NCBI GenBank assembly: GCA_964559475.1
Contig: CAZLHX010000003.1
Coordinates: forward strand, 1 to 53,610
Direction: 5' to 3'
Origin: an uncultured Candidatus Bathyarchaeia archaeon
GTDB lineage: Archaea > Thermoproteota > Bathyarchaeia > TCS64
DNA: 53,610 bases
This document shows, piece after piece, positions 19,604-28,828 of this stretch; within the stretch, counting starts at the first letter, position 1; each line of letters begins with the position of its first letter. Made by a program: the position numbers and the translations under genes. The notes beneath the pieces were generated by a model. It was not told where the DNA came from. It did not search any database and worked only from the letters and a program-made list of their open reading frames with translations.

Positions 19604-20101
19604 TTAGAGTTCTAACTCGAATTTTTCTTCCGTAAGAACCCTTCCCCAGATTTCATGAGTATTACGTTCCTTTAACCTGAACCCCATAGTCTCATATATG
19701 TGACGAGCTGCATTAAGTTCAGAGACTGTCCATAGGAATATTGCCTCATAGTTTTGTTCTTTACAGAATTCCACTGCCCAATCAACAAGTTTTCTTCCTA
19801 AGCCTTTTCCCCTAACCTCTGGAATTAATATGAGCCATCTGAGTTGTGCTTTTTCTTCGTCTGCTTCTACGATAGCGACGGACCCAACTATGGTATCATT
19901 TTTTTCTAATATACGGATTCCTTGTCTCGGATTATCGATACATAACGCGAAATCATAAAGAGGCTCAAAAACGTATTTCTCGAAAGTTATATCGAATCCA
20001 TGCTCCCTGCCATATATGGAGCCATGAAGATATGTTATATATCCAAGATCCCCTGGTCTTAAAAAAGGCCTCAAATTGTAACCTGTAGGAAGCTCTATCA
20101 T
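19604..20101 (-). CDS. GNAT family N-acetyltransferase
   Basis: Acetyl-CoA motif A (RGKGLGRKLV) within a ~165-aa GNAT-sized protein. Confidence 0.8.
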   Translation of the reverse strand: MIELPTGYNLRPFLRPGDLGYITYLHGSIYGREHGFDITFEKYVFEPLYDFALCIDNPRQGIRILEKNDTIVGSVAIVEADEEKAQLRWLILIPEVRGKGLGRKLVDWAVEFCKEQNYEAIFLWTVSELNAARHIYETMGFRLKERNTHEIWGRVLTEEKFELEL

Positions 20102-20221
20102 ATTCTAGATACTTTTTCAATGGAATTTAGAAATTTTTCTAAGACTCAATTTTTTGCAGCTTGAAATATTAAGATACCCAAACTATGGAAATCATGTGGA
20201 AAAATGGGAAAAAATAATAAA

Positions 20222-21067
20222 CTAGTTTCTGAAGGCCGGTGGGGTTTTGATATCTTTCCACCTTCTTATGAACTCTGCGAGAAATACAATTCTCTCCTCG
20301 AAGCGTCGTCTGTACTCCTCGGGGTCAGCTTCTCTGGGATCATTCTTCCCGTAGACACCACTGCTGGTGAAATCATCTGTATTTGTTTGACTGCATGCTC
20401 CCCATAACTGAGAGACTAGCTCATAATCTTCTCTATCAGGGTCCAGGAACTCCAATAACTTAGGCTGGACTTTGAGAGTAACCTCCCAATCATCAAGACT
20501 CTCCATATCAACAAGCTCTGGGAACAAAGCAAGAGCAGCACTGGTCTCGGTTGGCCCACTGTGAACATCCCAGTGAGTTTTCCTGCGTTTATCCATCTTC
20601 TTTGCTAACTCTGTATCCGAAGGCCCAGTTGGAGCAGCCACCATTACACCATATTCTCTCTTTGCTAACTGAATGACGAGGTTCATTATGTTCCTGTTTC
20701 CCCCATGACCGTTGATGAGTAGGAACCGCCTAATACCATGTTGATCTAAAGAACCAATTGTATCCATCAATACGCCAGTCAGTGTATCCCAGCTGAAAGT
20801 AATGGTGCCTGGGAATCCCATATGATGAGGACTATAGCCAGGAAAACAGGGATGAACAGCAACACTATTGGTGCGCTTAGCAACCTCATGAATATAGTGT
20901 TTTACAGCTAGGGAATCCATTCCTAAAGGCAGATGGGGTCCATGTTGCTCAATGGATCCTATTCCGATTACTATTATTGGATGTTTTTCATTCTCCATCC
21001 ACTCAACAAACTTTGGGCGAGTCAACTCATGAATCCAGAATTTAGATAACTTTCCTTTATCAGACAT
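20222..21067 (-). CDS. Creatininase-family amidohydrolase
   Basis: Signature IGSIEQHGPHLPLGMDS and downstream NGHGGN. Specific substrate not assignable. Confidence 0.8.
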   Translation of the reverse strand: MSDKGKLSKFWIHELTRPKFVEWMENEKHPIIVIGIGSIEQHGPHLPLGMDSLAVKHYIHEVAKRTNSVAVHPCFPGYSPHHMGFPGTITFSWDTLTGVLMDTIGSLDQHGIRRFLLINGHGGNRNIMNLVIQLAKREYGVMVAAPTGPSDTELAKKMDKRRKTHWDVHSGPTETSAALALFPELVDMESLDDWEVTLKVQPKLLEFLDPDREDYELVSQLWGACSQTNTDDFTSSGVYGKNDPREADPEEYRRRFEERIVFLAEFIRRWKDIKTPPAFRN

Positions 21068-21467
21068 AGAAATCTATTATTATTAGATCTGATATCGAAT
21101 AAAATAACTGCGAAAAAAGAGATATCTTCGGATTTTACAATATTTTGTACTTACATGATTTTAGACGACCTTAAAATTTCGTTATTTTTTTCGTTAAATT
21201 ATGACCAATCTTAAAACTAAATATATGTCACTAATATAGAATTGTGTTACATCAAATCTTTTAATTTGTATAGGTAGCTGCATTCATGACAAGACTAGAA
21301 ACAATTTTTTACATCTTCTATTATGCGTATATATCATTAGGAGCAGGCTATTTTTTGAGAAGATTATTAAAACGTGAACTTGATTTTGAACTTTAGTTAT
21401 TTCCAGGGTATTTCCTAATAGTAAATAATGGGCAAATCATCTTAAACATCGAAAACAATGTACTAAC

Positions 21468-22430
21468 ATGAAATTCCCTACTTTCAAGGATATTATTGCA
21501 GCTCAACAAAGAATAAGTAAATTTTTAGATTATACTCCTCTGCATAGTTATCCTTTGTTGAATAAGTTCTTAGAGACTGAGGTATACGTGAAGCATGAAA
21601 ATTTTCAACCTACAGGTGCTTTTAAGATTCGTGGAGGACTTAATTTAATCAGTCAGTTATCAATCGAAGAGAAGAAAAGGGGAGTAATTACAGCATCCAC
21701 TGGAAACCATGGACAAAGCATAGCGCTCGCTAGTAAAATATTTGGAGTTAAAGCCAAGATTTGTGTTCCGGAGAATAGCAACCCTGTGAAACTGGCTGCC
21801 ATGCATCACTACGATGCTGAGATAATAGAGTTTGGCAAAGATTTTGATGAAGCCAGGGTAAATGCGGAGAAACTCGCTGAAAAACATGGCTACCGATACA
21901 TCCACAGCGGAAATGAACCACTTCTGATAGCAGGTGTTGGAACAATAGGTTTGGAAATTTTACAACAACAACCAGATGTAGGAGTAATAATCAGCCCAGT
22001 AGGAGCAGGGACTGGGTGTGGTGGTACTGCAATAGCTGCAAAAAGCATTGATCCTGAACTAGAAATGATAGCTGTGCAGGCTGAGAAAGCTCCTAGTGTC
22101 TATCAGAGCTGGAGGAGTGGAAAGTTAGAGTCAACGGATTCAGCTGAGACCATGGCAGACGGATTAGCCACAAGACAGGCTTTTAATCTACCTACAGATA
22201 TACTTCGTGAATGGGTCAATGAATTTTACCTAGTGACAGAGAAAGAAATTAAACAAGCTATCAAAACTTACCTAAAACTCTGTCACACAGTAGCTGAGGG
22301 TGCAGGAGCTGCACCTCTAGCAGCAGCAATTAATATGAAAGAAAAAATGAAGGGAAAAAAAGTTGCCCTTGTCCTCAGTGGTGGAAATCTTGATTATAAT
22401 ACACTAGAGAACATAATAAAGAATTTATAA
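21468..22430 (+). CDS. PLP-dependent threonine/serine dehydratase (fold type II)
   Basis: Lys motif PTGAFKIRG, STGNHGQ, and a glycine-rich PLP phosphate loop GAGTGCGG. Confidence 0.8.
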   Translation: MKFPTFKDIIAAQQRISKFLDYTPLHSYPLLNKFLETEVYVKHENFQPTGAFKIRGGLNLISQLSIEEKKRGVITASTGNHGQSIALASKIFGVKAKICVPENSNPVKLAAMHHYDAEIIEFGKDFDEARVNAEKLAEKHGYRYIHSGNEPLLIAGVGTIGLEILQQQPDVGVIISPVGAGTGCGGTAIAAKSIDPELEMIAVQAEKAPSVYQSWRSGKLESTDSAETMADGLATRQAFNLPTDILREWVNEFYLVTEKEIKQAIKTYLKLCHTVAEGAGAAPLAAAINMKEKMKGKKVALVLSGGNLDYNTLENIIKNL

Positions 22431-22441
22431 AGTTGAGAAAA

Positions 22442-23074
22442 ATGAACGAAACTCTAGAGAAGATCATCGAAGCCGCTACCAAGGAGATAAGAGACCGTGA
22501 AAAAATTAGAGATGAAGTATTTAGCAGAGCTCGTAGAGTTCGCATGCTATCAAAACAAGCAATACAATATCTACATAGTAATGAGCTAGAGAAAGCAGAT
22601 AACAACCTAGAAGAAGCCTCAACGTTACTTGGAGAAATAATTGATTACTCAAAAAATCATGAAGAGGCGAGTTTCTTTAACCAAGTCGAAGATGCCAGGC
22701 AGGAGTTTGCAGAAGCTTCTATACTCTTCTCAATCAACAAAAAAGAAAAAGTTCCATCCCCCGAGACTCTAAATATTCCTTATACCGACTATCTTCTTGG
22801 ATTAGCAGACGTCCCTGGAGAATTAAGACGCCAGATATTAAATCAGCTTCAACAGGATTTTATAGAAAATGCTAGAAATAATTTTGAAGTTATGGAGGAA
22901 ATTTATCTAAAACTTACTGCAATGGAAGAGGGAAGTTTGCTCCTTAAAGGAATGAGAAGGAAGATGGATATTATTAGAACAATTAATGAAAAGACTCTAG
23001 CGGATATTACTAACCATTTGAGCCGACAAAGACTCATAGAGAAACTTGATGAATTCACAAGAAAATTGGGTTAA
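22442..23074 (+). CDS. Translin family protein
   Basis: All-helical ~210-aa protein with the translin block YLLGLADVPGELRR. ATG 22442 is preferred over TTG 22433. Confidence 0.65.
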   Translation: MNETLEKIIEAATKEIRDREKIRDEVFSRARRVRMLSKQAIQYLHSNELEKADNNLEEASTLLGEIIDYSKNHEEASFFNQVEDARQEFAEASILFSINKKEKVPSPETLNIPYTDYLLGLADVPGELRRQILNQLQQDFIENARNNFEVMEEIYLKLTAMEEGSLLLKGMRRKMDIIRTINEKTLADITNHLSRQRLIEKLDEFTRKLG

Positions 23075-23094
23075 TTTTTCAAGTTTAAAAGCTA

Positions 23095-23670
23095 TTGAAC
23101 ATTCTTTTTCTTATGACCCTCGATAGATCCAGTCTTCTATCAGATATTAGAAAATTTTTCATCAATACAATTTTTGATGCTACATTTACGGTTATGGGTA
23201 TTATTTCCGGCTCCGCATTTACAGGGGATGCCAAGACAGTTTTAATAACATTATTCACCAGTAGTGTAGCTTTAGGTATCTCCTCAGGGGTCAGTGTTTA
23301 TGAAGCTGAGACTTTGGAAGAGGAAAAACGTATAGAAGAATTAGAGAAAGCCTTGATCACTGACCTCGAAGACACAGTGTTAGAAAGAAACATCAGTAAA
23401 AGAGCCAAGATGGTGTCTATTGTAATCCTAGTTACTCCTTTAATACCAAGTATTATCACAGCAATACCACTCTTTGCCAGCTTTTTTGGGGTTTTAGAAT
23501 TAAGGCAGGCTGCCTTTATTTCAATAGCCTTAGCCCTCAGCACTCTTCTGGTAATTGGTACACTTATGGCTACTGATGGTATAAAGGCTAGACTACTTAA
23601 GGGCTTGCGAATGGCATTTTTTGGGGGAATAGCATTCCTGATTGGCTATACCTTAGAGAGCTTACTTTAA
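23095..23670 (+). CDS. VIT1/CCC1-like integral membrane protein
   Basis: TM helices flank an acidic helix (YEAETLEEEKRIEELEKAL), as in VIT-family transporters. Start is uncertain (TTG 23095 or ATG 23113). Confidence 0.45.
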   Translation: MNILFLMTLDRSSLLSDIRKFFINTIFDATFTVMGIISGSAFTGDAKTVLITLFTSSVALGISSGVSVYEAETLEEEKRIEELEKALITDLEDTVLERNISKRAKMVSIVILVTPLIPSIITAIPLFASFFGVLELRQAAFISIALALSTLLVIGTLMATDGIKARLLKGLRMAFFGGIAFLIGYTLESLL

Positions 23671-23815
23671 GTGAATTAGTTAGTTTTCTCATATCATTTA
23701 TATCTAATCAATGCAATTAATGCTTGCTAGGCAGGAAGATTGAGACTATTGTGTATATTAGGCTAATTATACTAACACCCGAACTTCGTCTAGTTGATTC
23801 TATGGAGGAAACAAG

Positions 23816-25258
23816 TTGAGTAAACATCCTATTCAGATCTATGATACCATGAGTAAACGGAAAAAACCGTTTATCCCCCTAAATCCGCCTTATGTAACAA
23901 TGTACGTATGTGGCCCAACAGTCTATGGTGAACCCCATATTGGTAATCTAAGAACATTTACTAGTGGTGATCTTATCCGAAGATGGCTCGAGTACCGTGG
24001 TTACCTTGTTAAATATGTTATGAATATTACAGACATAGAGGATAAGACTATCAGAGATAGCGGTAAGGCTGGAAAAACCCTCAAAGAGTTCACTGACTAT
24101 TACACAAAAATATTCTTAGAAAGCATGGATAAACTGAACAACAGGAGAGCAACCGCACACCCAAGAGCCACAGCTTATGTACCAGAAATGATAGAATTCA
24201 TAAAACAGCTGGAAGAAAAGGAAATCGCATATGAGGCTTCCGACGGAGTTTACTTCAACATAGACAAGTTCCCGGATTATGGGAAACTTAGTAGTATAGA
24301 TATTGAAAAGACGGAAAAGACCCAAAGAGTAGCTCAGGACGATTATGATAAGGAAAATGCTCAGGACTTTGCTCTATGGAAAAAATCAACAGAGGAAGAA
24401 ATTGAGAGAGGAATCTATTATGAATCACCTTGGGGCAAAGGACGCCCAGGATGGCATATCGAATGCAGTGTTATGAGCAAAGAATTACTTGGAGACACAG
24501 TTGATATCCATGCTGGAGGAGAAGACCTAACTTTTCCACATCATGAGAATGAAGTAGCTCAAACAGAGAGCCTGACTGGGAAAAAGTTTGTCAGATACTG
24601 GCTCCACATGAGGTTCTTAATGATAGGTGGAGGGAAGATGAGTAAAAGTTTAGGTAACTATGTTAGCTTCGAGGATATACTCGAGAAGCACTCTTCAACT
24701 GCTTTAAGGTATTTTTATATAAGCACCCAGTACAGACGCCCTCTTAATTTCAATTTGCAAGCAATAGAATCAGCCGAGAACACTGTAGAGAGACTTGAGA
24801 ATACTCTAAACTTGATTGATCAAGGAATGAAGGGTCCAGATGATAATCTTGACTACGGGGAAAGAGAAGATAGTCTATTGAAAACGATGATAGAGAAGAA
24901 GAAAAAATTCATAGAAGCAATGGATAACGATTTTAACACGCCTGTTGCCTTAGGTAACATACATGCGATCAGGGATGCTATAAATGATTATCTAACTTTA
25001 ACACCAAATAAAGGGGTTTTATCAGAAGCATCAGTTACATATAGAGAACTATTGAATGTTCTAGGCTTATTCGAAGATAGAGGCATCAAGAGTGATGAGA
25101 TTACTGAGGACCTAATCACAACCATTATCGAATTTAGAAAACAGCAGCGAGAATCTAAAAACTACGAAATAGCAGATCAGATACGAGATCAACTTCAAGA
25201 GATCGGAATAGAGCTTCAGGATACTTCAGAAGGTACAAACTGGAAAATTTCTAGATAA
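23816..25258 (+). CDS. cysS: Cysteinyl-tRNA synthetase
   Basis: Class I motifs HIGN and KMSKS. The N-terminus [14 protein letters not shown] aligns to the conserved LKLYNTLTRKKEEF block, which requires the TTG start at 23816. A GGAGG sits 7 nt upstream. Confidence 0.95.
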   Translation: MSKHPIQIYDTMSKRKKPFIPLNPPYVTMYVCGPTVYGEPHIGNLRTFTSGDLIRRWLEYRGYLVKYVMNITDIEDKTIRDSGKAGKTLKEFTDYYTKIFLESMDKLNNRRATAHPRATAYVPEMIEFIKQLEEKEIAYEASDGVYFNIDKFPDYGKLSSIDIEKTEKTQRVAQDDYDKENAQDFALWKKSTEEEIERGIYYESPWGKGRPGWHIECSVMSKELLGDTVDIHAGGEDLTFPHHENEVAQTESLTGKKFVRYWLHMRFLMIGGGKMSKSLGNYVSFEDILEKHSSTALRYFYISTQYRRPLNFNLQAIESAENTVERLENTLNLIDQGMKGPDDNLDYGEREDSLLKTMIEKKKKFIEAMDNDFNTPVALGNIHAIRDAINDYLTLTPNKGVLSEASVTYRELLNVLGLFEDRGIKSDEITEDLITTIIEFRKQQRESKNYEIADQIRDQLQEIGIELQDTSEGTNWKISR

Positions 25259-25311
25259 AAACCCCTTTTTCAGAAGCAAACTAAAATTCCCGTAGGGTAA
25301 TATAACGGTAT

Positions 25312-26532
25312 ATGTTTAAAGAATTTTCAGATAAGAAACTTGGAGCATTGAACTGGCTAAATAAACATCAGGATGAAATGTTTAACGCCAGTGATACTAT
25401 TTTTAAATGGGCAGAGCAAGGGCTCAGGGAATATAAGAGCAGTAGATATTTGGCAGATCTTCTTCTTGAAAATGGCTTCGATACAGAGAGGGGAATTAGC
25501 GGAATGCCCACAGCATTCAAAAGCGAGTAGGGTTCCGGTGGACCAATAATCGGGTTTTTCGATGGTATGGATTGTCTACTCGCATGGCATCTAGGAGGCC
25601 CAACCACCGTCTTAGGTGAAATCTGGCCTAGAACTTACAAAAGCATGTCTTTTACATTTAAAGTTACATCAGCTGCTGAAGGCCAGAGTGGTGCAGTGAC
25701 TTATCCGGGTGCTCTTGATGCTGCTGTTCTCATGTATAACAATTTTAACACTATGAAGGAGCATATGCCTGCGTTAATGAGAAGGGGTGGAAGTATAAAC
25801 GAGTTTATTATGAATGGGGGTCAATGTACAGTTGCAAATCCAGTTTTAAGTCAGTTAATCTATGCGTGGAGAAACAGTAATTTGCGTGATCAAGAAGATG
25901 TGGGAGACGTTTTGGTTAGATGTGCGAAGGGTGCAGCGCTTGTGGCTGACTGTGATGTTGATATCAGGACTCTTATAGCTGTACGTAGCGGTTTACCTAA
26001 CCAAGTTCTGATGGAGGTCGTATGGAAGCACCTTAACGAGATTGGTCCACCAGATTATACTGAGGATGATAAAAAATTCGTGAGAAGTATCCAGAAAAAC
26101 CTTGGAATTGAACCCATGAAAGAACCTCTTTACACAGAAATCGCTCCACCAGAAAAAGCATACAGTAAATTTCATCCAGCCGACGGTGTAAATGAGTTCA
26201 CATGGCACTACCCTACAGCACGCCTTTACGTCAGTAAATCCATGAACCCTGTCCAAGAGAAAAGCTATCCCAGATGGACCTCAAGTGCACTTTGTGGGAT
26301 GGGAGTAACCCATAGGATGGGTGTGTGTGCTGCTCAGATTCTGAGTACAAGTGCTGTAGAATTAATATTGAATCCAGAAATTCTTGACAGAGCTTGGATA
26401 GAATTCAGAAAACGTAAGAAAAATCATAAAGAAGACCCATTATTACCCTCAAGACTCAAACCACCAATTGAGCTACGATGGCCAGAGTGGGTTTCAAGAC
26501 CGGGAGACGAGTGGTGGATCCCATCAATATAG
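25312..26532 (+). pseudogene. AbgB-like M20 amidohydrolase, interrupted by in-frame TAG and lacking the metal-binding core
   Basis: Track ORFs 25312..25530 and 25567..26532 are in one frame, separated only by TAG 25528-25530 (...PTAFKSE*GSGGPIIGFFDGMDCLLAWH...). By-eye alignment to E. coli AbgB suggests roughly 100 aa between the GKPVI and FDDVDAALTWH blocks are missing, including the HxCGHN / GEEG ligands. Confidence 0.6.
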
Positions 26533-26586
26533 ACTAGTTAATCTAATCTTATCTAAGGGTTTAAGAAGAACCCTCCACTCTACGCG

Positions 26587-27555
26587 ATGATGATCTCTGA
26601 AGGCATATACCAGCTGGAAATACCAATGACGCGAAACCCTCTAGGAAAGACTTACAGCTATTTATTACTTGAATCAAAGACCCTCATAGATACTGGGGTA
26701 CCAACAGAAGAAGCCTACAGTGGATTACAAAGAGAACTCAAAAAATTTGAACTCCGACCACAAGATATCAGGCGAATGCTCATCACCCATCTTCATAACG
26801 ACCATGTTGGACTAGTCGACATTTTATCAGATTATGGAACTGAGATATGGGCAAGCGAAGCCGCCGAAAAAAGAGAGGAACAATTCTCCAAACAATGGGA
26901 CAGTCTGTATGAATTGGTAAGAGAGGAAACCAAAACATTCGGAGGAGAAGAATATCTAAACTTTGTGGATAACTACAAATTCGCCTTCAAGAGACGTTAT
27001 GAAAGATTACCCATTGATAGAAAAATTAAAGATGGTGAGAATATCAATCTTGAAGAAATAAATCTAAGAGCAATATGGACGCCAGGCCATTCGCCAGAAC
27101 ACATGGTTTACTACAGTGAAGAAAAGAAACTACTCTTTAGTGGAGATCATGTATTACCCAAAATTACCAGCCATATCTCTCTTCACAGCTATGAAGATAG
27201 AGATCCTCTCCACGAATATCTTGAAAGTTTAAAAAAAGTAGAAAAACTAGGAGTATCCACGGTTTTACCAGGGCATGAATGGGTTTTTAGTAATCTAAGT
27301 GAACGAGTTGAAGAACTACGAAATCATCATAAAAAACGACTCAATGAAATAAAGGATACATTAAAAGAGGGAGAGAAAACAGTCTATCATATAGGAAGGA
27401 AAATTCATTGGGACAGCCGCCCATGGTCCGAGATGGACTTTTGGACGAAACGTATGGCAGCAGCTGAAACTTATGCACACCTGATTTTCCTCAGAAACAA
27501 AGATGAAATATTAGAAAAAGAAAAACAGGGAATCCTTTACTATAACCTTACCTAG
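26587..27555 (+). CDS. MBL-fold metallo-hydrolase
   Basis: HxHxDH motif (HLHNDHVG) and later TPGHSPEH and GDHV blocks. Confidence 0.8.
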   Translation: MMISEGIYQLEIPMTRNPLGKTYSYLLLESKTLIDTGVPTEEAYSGLQRELKKFELRPQDIRRMLITHLHNDHVGLVDILSDYGTEIWASEAAEKREEQFSKQWDSLYELVREETKTFGGEEYLNFVDNYKFAFKRRYERLPIDRKIKDGENINLEEINLRAIWTPGHSPEHMVYYSEEKKLLFSGDHVLPKITSHISLHSYEDRDPLHEYLESLKKVEKLGVSTVLPGHEWVFSNLSERVEELRNHHKKRLNEIKDTLKEGEKTVYHIGRKIHWDSRPWSEMDFWTKRMAAAETYAHLIFLRNKDEILEKEKQGILYYNLT

Positions 27556-27566
27556 CTTGAATATAA

Positions 27567-27589
27567 CCCCTCACAGAGACTGTAAGGGG
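27567..27589. terminator. Hairpin between convergent genes (possible bidirectional terminator)
   Basis: CCCCT-c-ACAG aga CTGT-a-AGGGG forms 9 pairs with one mismatch and a 3-nt loop. It lies between the stops at 27555 (+) and 27605 (-). Confidence 0.25.
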
Positions 27590-27604
27590 GTGGGGGAGAA
27601 TAAT

Positions 27605-28267
27605 TTATCTCCAGATCTTTATTCCTTTCTCGTGAAGATATTGAGCTGCCAGGTCAGCGATATCTGGACCTTTGAAGGGTATCTTTAATGCTTTTACATG
27701 GGACATAATTTCCATATAGTTAATCTCCATAGGCTCATGTTTATCTGTAAACTCATCAAGGATAGTTTGGGCAACCTCTTCTGCAACTCTGAATTTTGGG
27801 CTTAGCATTCTATAATGGTGTTTCAATGCATTGCTAACTTCGTCAGGAGATGCACTTTCAAGTGCCCAAACTGTAGGACGGGGGCCTCCTTTACTACGTT
27901 TTACTTTACTGACTTTTAGAGCAGGTACAACGATGCCCATTGCTCTTAGTCGTTTAAGAGCTCTATAAACTGTTGCTTCTGGCATGTTTAGTTCACATTG
28001 TAGTACCCAGGCTGTTGAGGCTCCATGAAGACAGAAATACAGAAAAGTCTCGCTTACACTGCTACTGCTAAATATCTTCTCACTAAAATTCATCAATTCT
28101 TGGATGTTTTTTAATGTCGTCGCCAAGTCATTTTTTTCATTTAATAATAATAATTTACGGAAAATTTCTACATATTTTGTAAATTTTGTCCCTTCCGACT
28201 GGGATCTTTTTATCGATTGTTTTTTATCTCTGGATTTACTATTATCTAGGGCTACCGTGTTTGGCAT
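27605..28267 (-). CDS. Winged helix-turn-helix DNA-binding protein, family unassigned
   Basis: Basic N-terminus. Central wHTH-like segment LHGASTAWVLQCELNMPEATVYRALKRLRAMGIVVP...GGPRPTVWAL. Transcribed divergently from the repeat-rich control region. Confidence 0.5.
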   Translation of the reverse strand: MPNTVALDNSKSRDKKQSIKRSQSEGTKFTKYVEIFRKLLLLNEKNDLATTLKNIQELMNFSEKIFSSSSVSETFLYFCLHGASTAWVLQCELNMPEATVYRALKRLRAMGIVVPALKVSKVKRSKGGPRPTVWALESASPDEVSNALKHHYRMLSPKFRVAEEVAQTILDEFTDKHEPMEINYMEIMSHVKALKIPFKGPDIADLAAQYLHEKGIKIWR

Positions 28268-28302
28268 CTAATCTAACTCCGGATCCCCGAATTGGGGCAG
28301 AA

Positions 28303-28343
28303 TGTTTACAGGAACGATAAGCTTATAAGATTACTTGTTAACA
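28303..28343. promoter_or_regulatory. Divergent control region: inverted TGTTTACA, 10-bp palindrome ATAAGCTTAT (TATA-like on both strands), palindrome TGTTAACA
   Basis: TGTTTACA at 28303-28310 is the reverse complement of the downstream repeat unit. Perfect palindrome ATAAGCTTAT at 28317-28326. TGTTAACA at 28336-28343 lies within a 14-bp near-palindrome (28333-28346). Confidence 0.4.
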
Positions 28344-28344
28344 T

Positions 28345-28392
28345 GTAAACAAGTAAACAAATAAACACGTAAACAGGAGAAACTGTAAACAT
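28345..28392. repeat. Six-unit 8-bp tandem array, consensus GTAAACAN
   Basis: Units GTAAACAA, GTAAACAA, ATAAACAC, GTAAACAG, GAGAAACT, GTAAACAT at 28345/53/61/69/77/85. The last unit overlaps the ATG at 28391. A GGAG lies at 28376-28379. Confidence 0.85.
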
Positions 28393-28828
28393 GCCCCGCA
28401 AAACCGTTGCTATTCGAGGTCTGGATACCGAGTTATATCATGAGGTATTTAGTTTAGCAAAGAAAGATGGTAAACGGGTTGCAGATGTTGTAAATAAGGC
28501 TCTTGAAGAATTCATAAATGGGGACTATGATGAACCTAATTCATTCTATGATCAGGCAGCTAACTCCGGAATAGATTTTATATTGACTATAGATGATGAA
28601 GGTGAAATATTTCTCAGTAAAGAGGATATCAAGGAAATAGCCTCAGAAATGGGTCCTTTTGGCATTGAAAGCTCTGGGACCATTATTTTTGAGAAAGACG
28701 TAGATAAAAATGCCTTAAACAACGTAAAAAGCATTGTAGTAAAGTCAGGTACTGTAAAGGTCCCTAGGAAGGCCTACGCGCAATTCCTAATAAAGTGCAA
28801 GATCCAAGGTAAACTCGATAAGTATTGA
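28391..28828 (+). CDS. Ribbon-helix-helix (CopG/Arc-like) N-terminal domain protein with uncharacterised C-terminal domain
   Basis: N-terminus PRKTVAIRGLDTELYHEVFSLAKKDGKRVADVVNKALEEF fits a beta-strand/helix/helix RHH pattern. The C-terminal ~90 aa are unassigned. Confidence 0.45.
   Translation: MPRKTVAIRGLDTELYHEVFSLAKKDGKRVADVVNKALEEFINGDYDEPNSFYDQAANSGIDFILTIDDEGEIFLSKEDIKEIASEMGPFGIESSGTIIFEKDVDKNALNNVKSIVVKSGTVKVPRKAYAQFLIKCKIQGKLDKY

Noticed and set aside
21286-21396. 36-aa hydrophobic micro-ORF (MTRLETIFYIFYYAYISLGAGYFLRRLLKRELDFEL) in the 400-bp gap between the creatininase and dehydratase genes
   Set aside because: It is supported only by an open frame in very AT-rich DNA, with no ribosome-binding signal or family resemblance. 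It might be real but cannot be supported.
25528-25530. In-frame TAG in the AbgB-like gene read as pyrrolysine
   Set aside because: No pyl genes or methylamine methyltransferases occur in the window. The codon aligns to an ordinary aromatic position in homologues, and the gene also lacks its catalytic core. A nonsense mutation is the simpler reading.
28345-28392. The GTAAACA unit matches the eukaryotic forkhead (winged-helix) consensus RYAAAYA, next to a winged-helix gene
   Set aside because: A 7-mer match in AT-rich DNA is expected by chance, and the adjacent protein shows no forkhead-specific sequence features. It is kept only as a mnemonic.
28345-28392. CRISPR array
   Set aside because: The units are 8 bp and contiguous with no spacers. 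No longer repeat-spacer structure or cas genes occur anywhere in the window.
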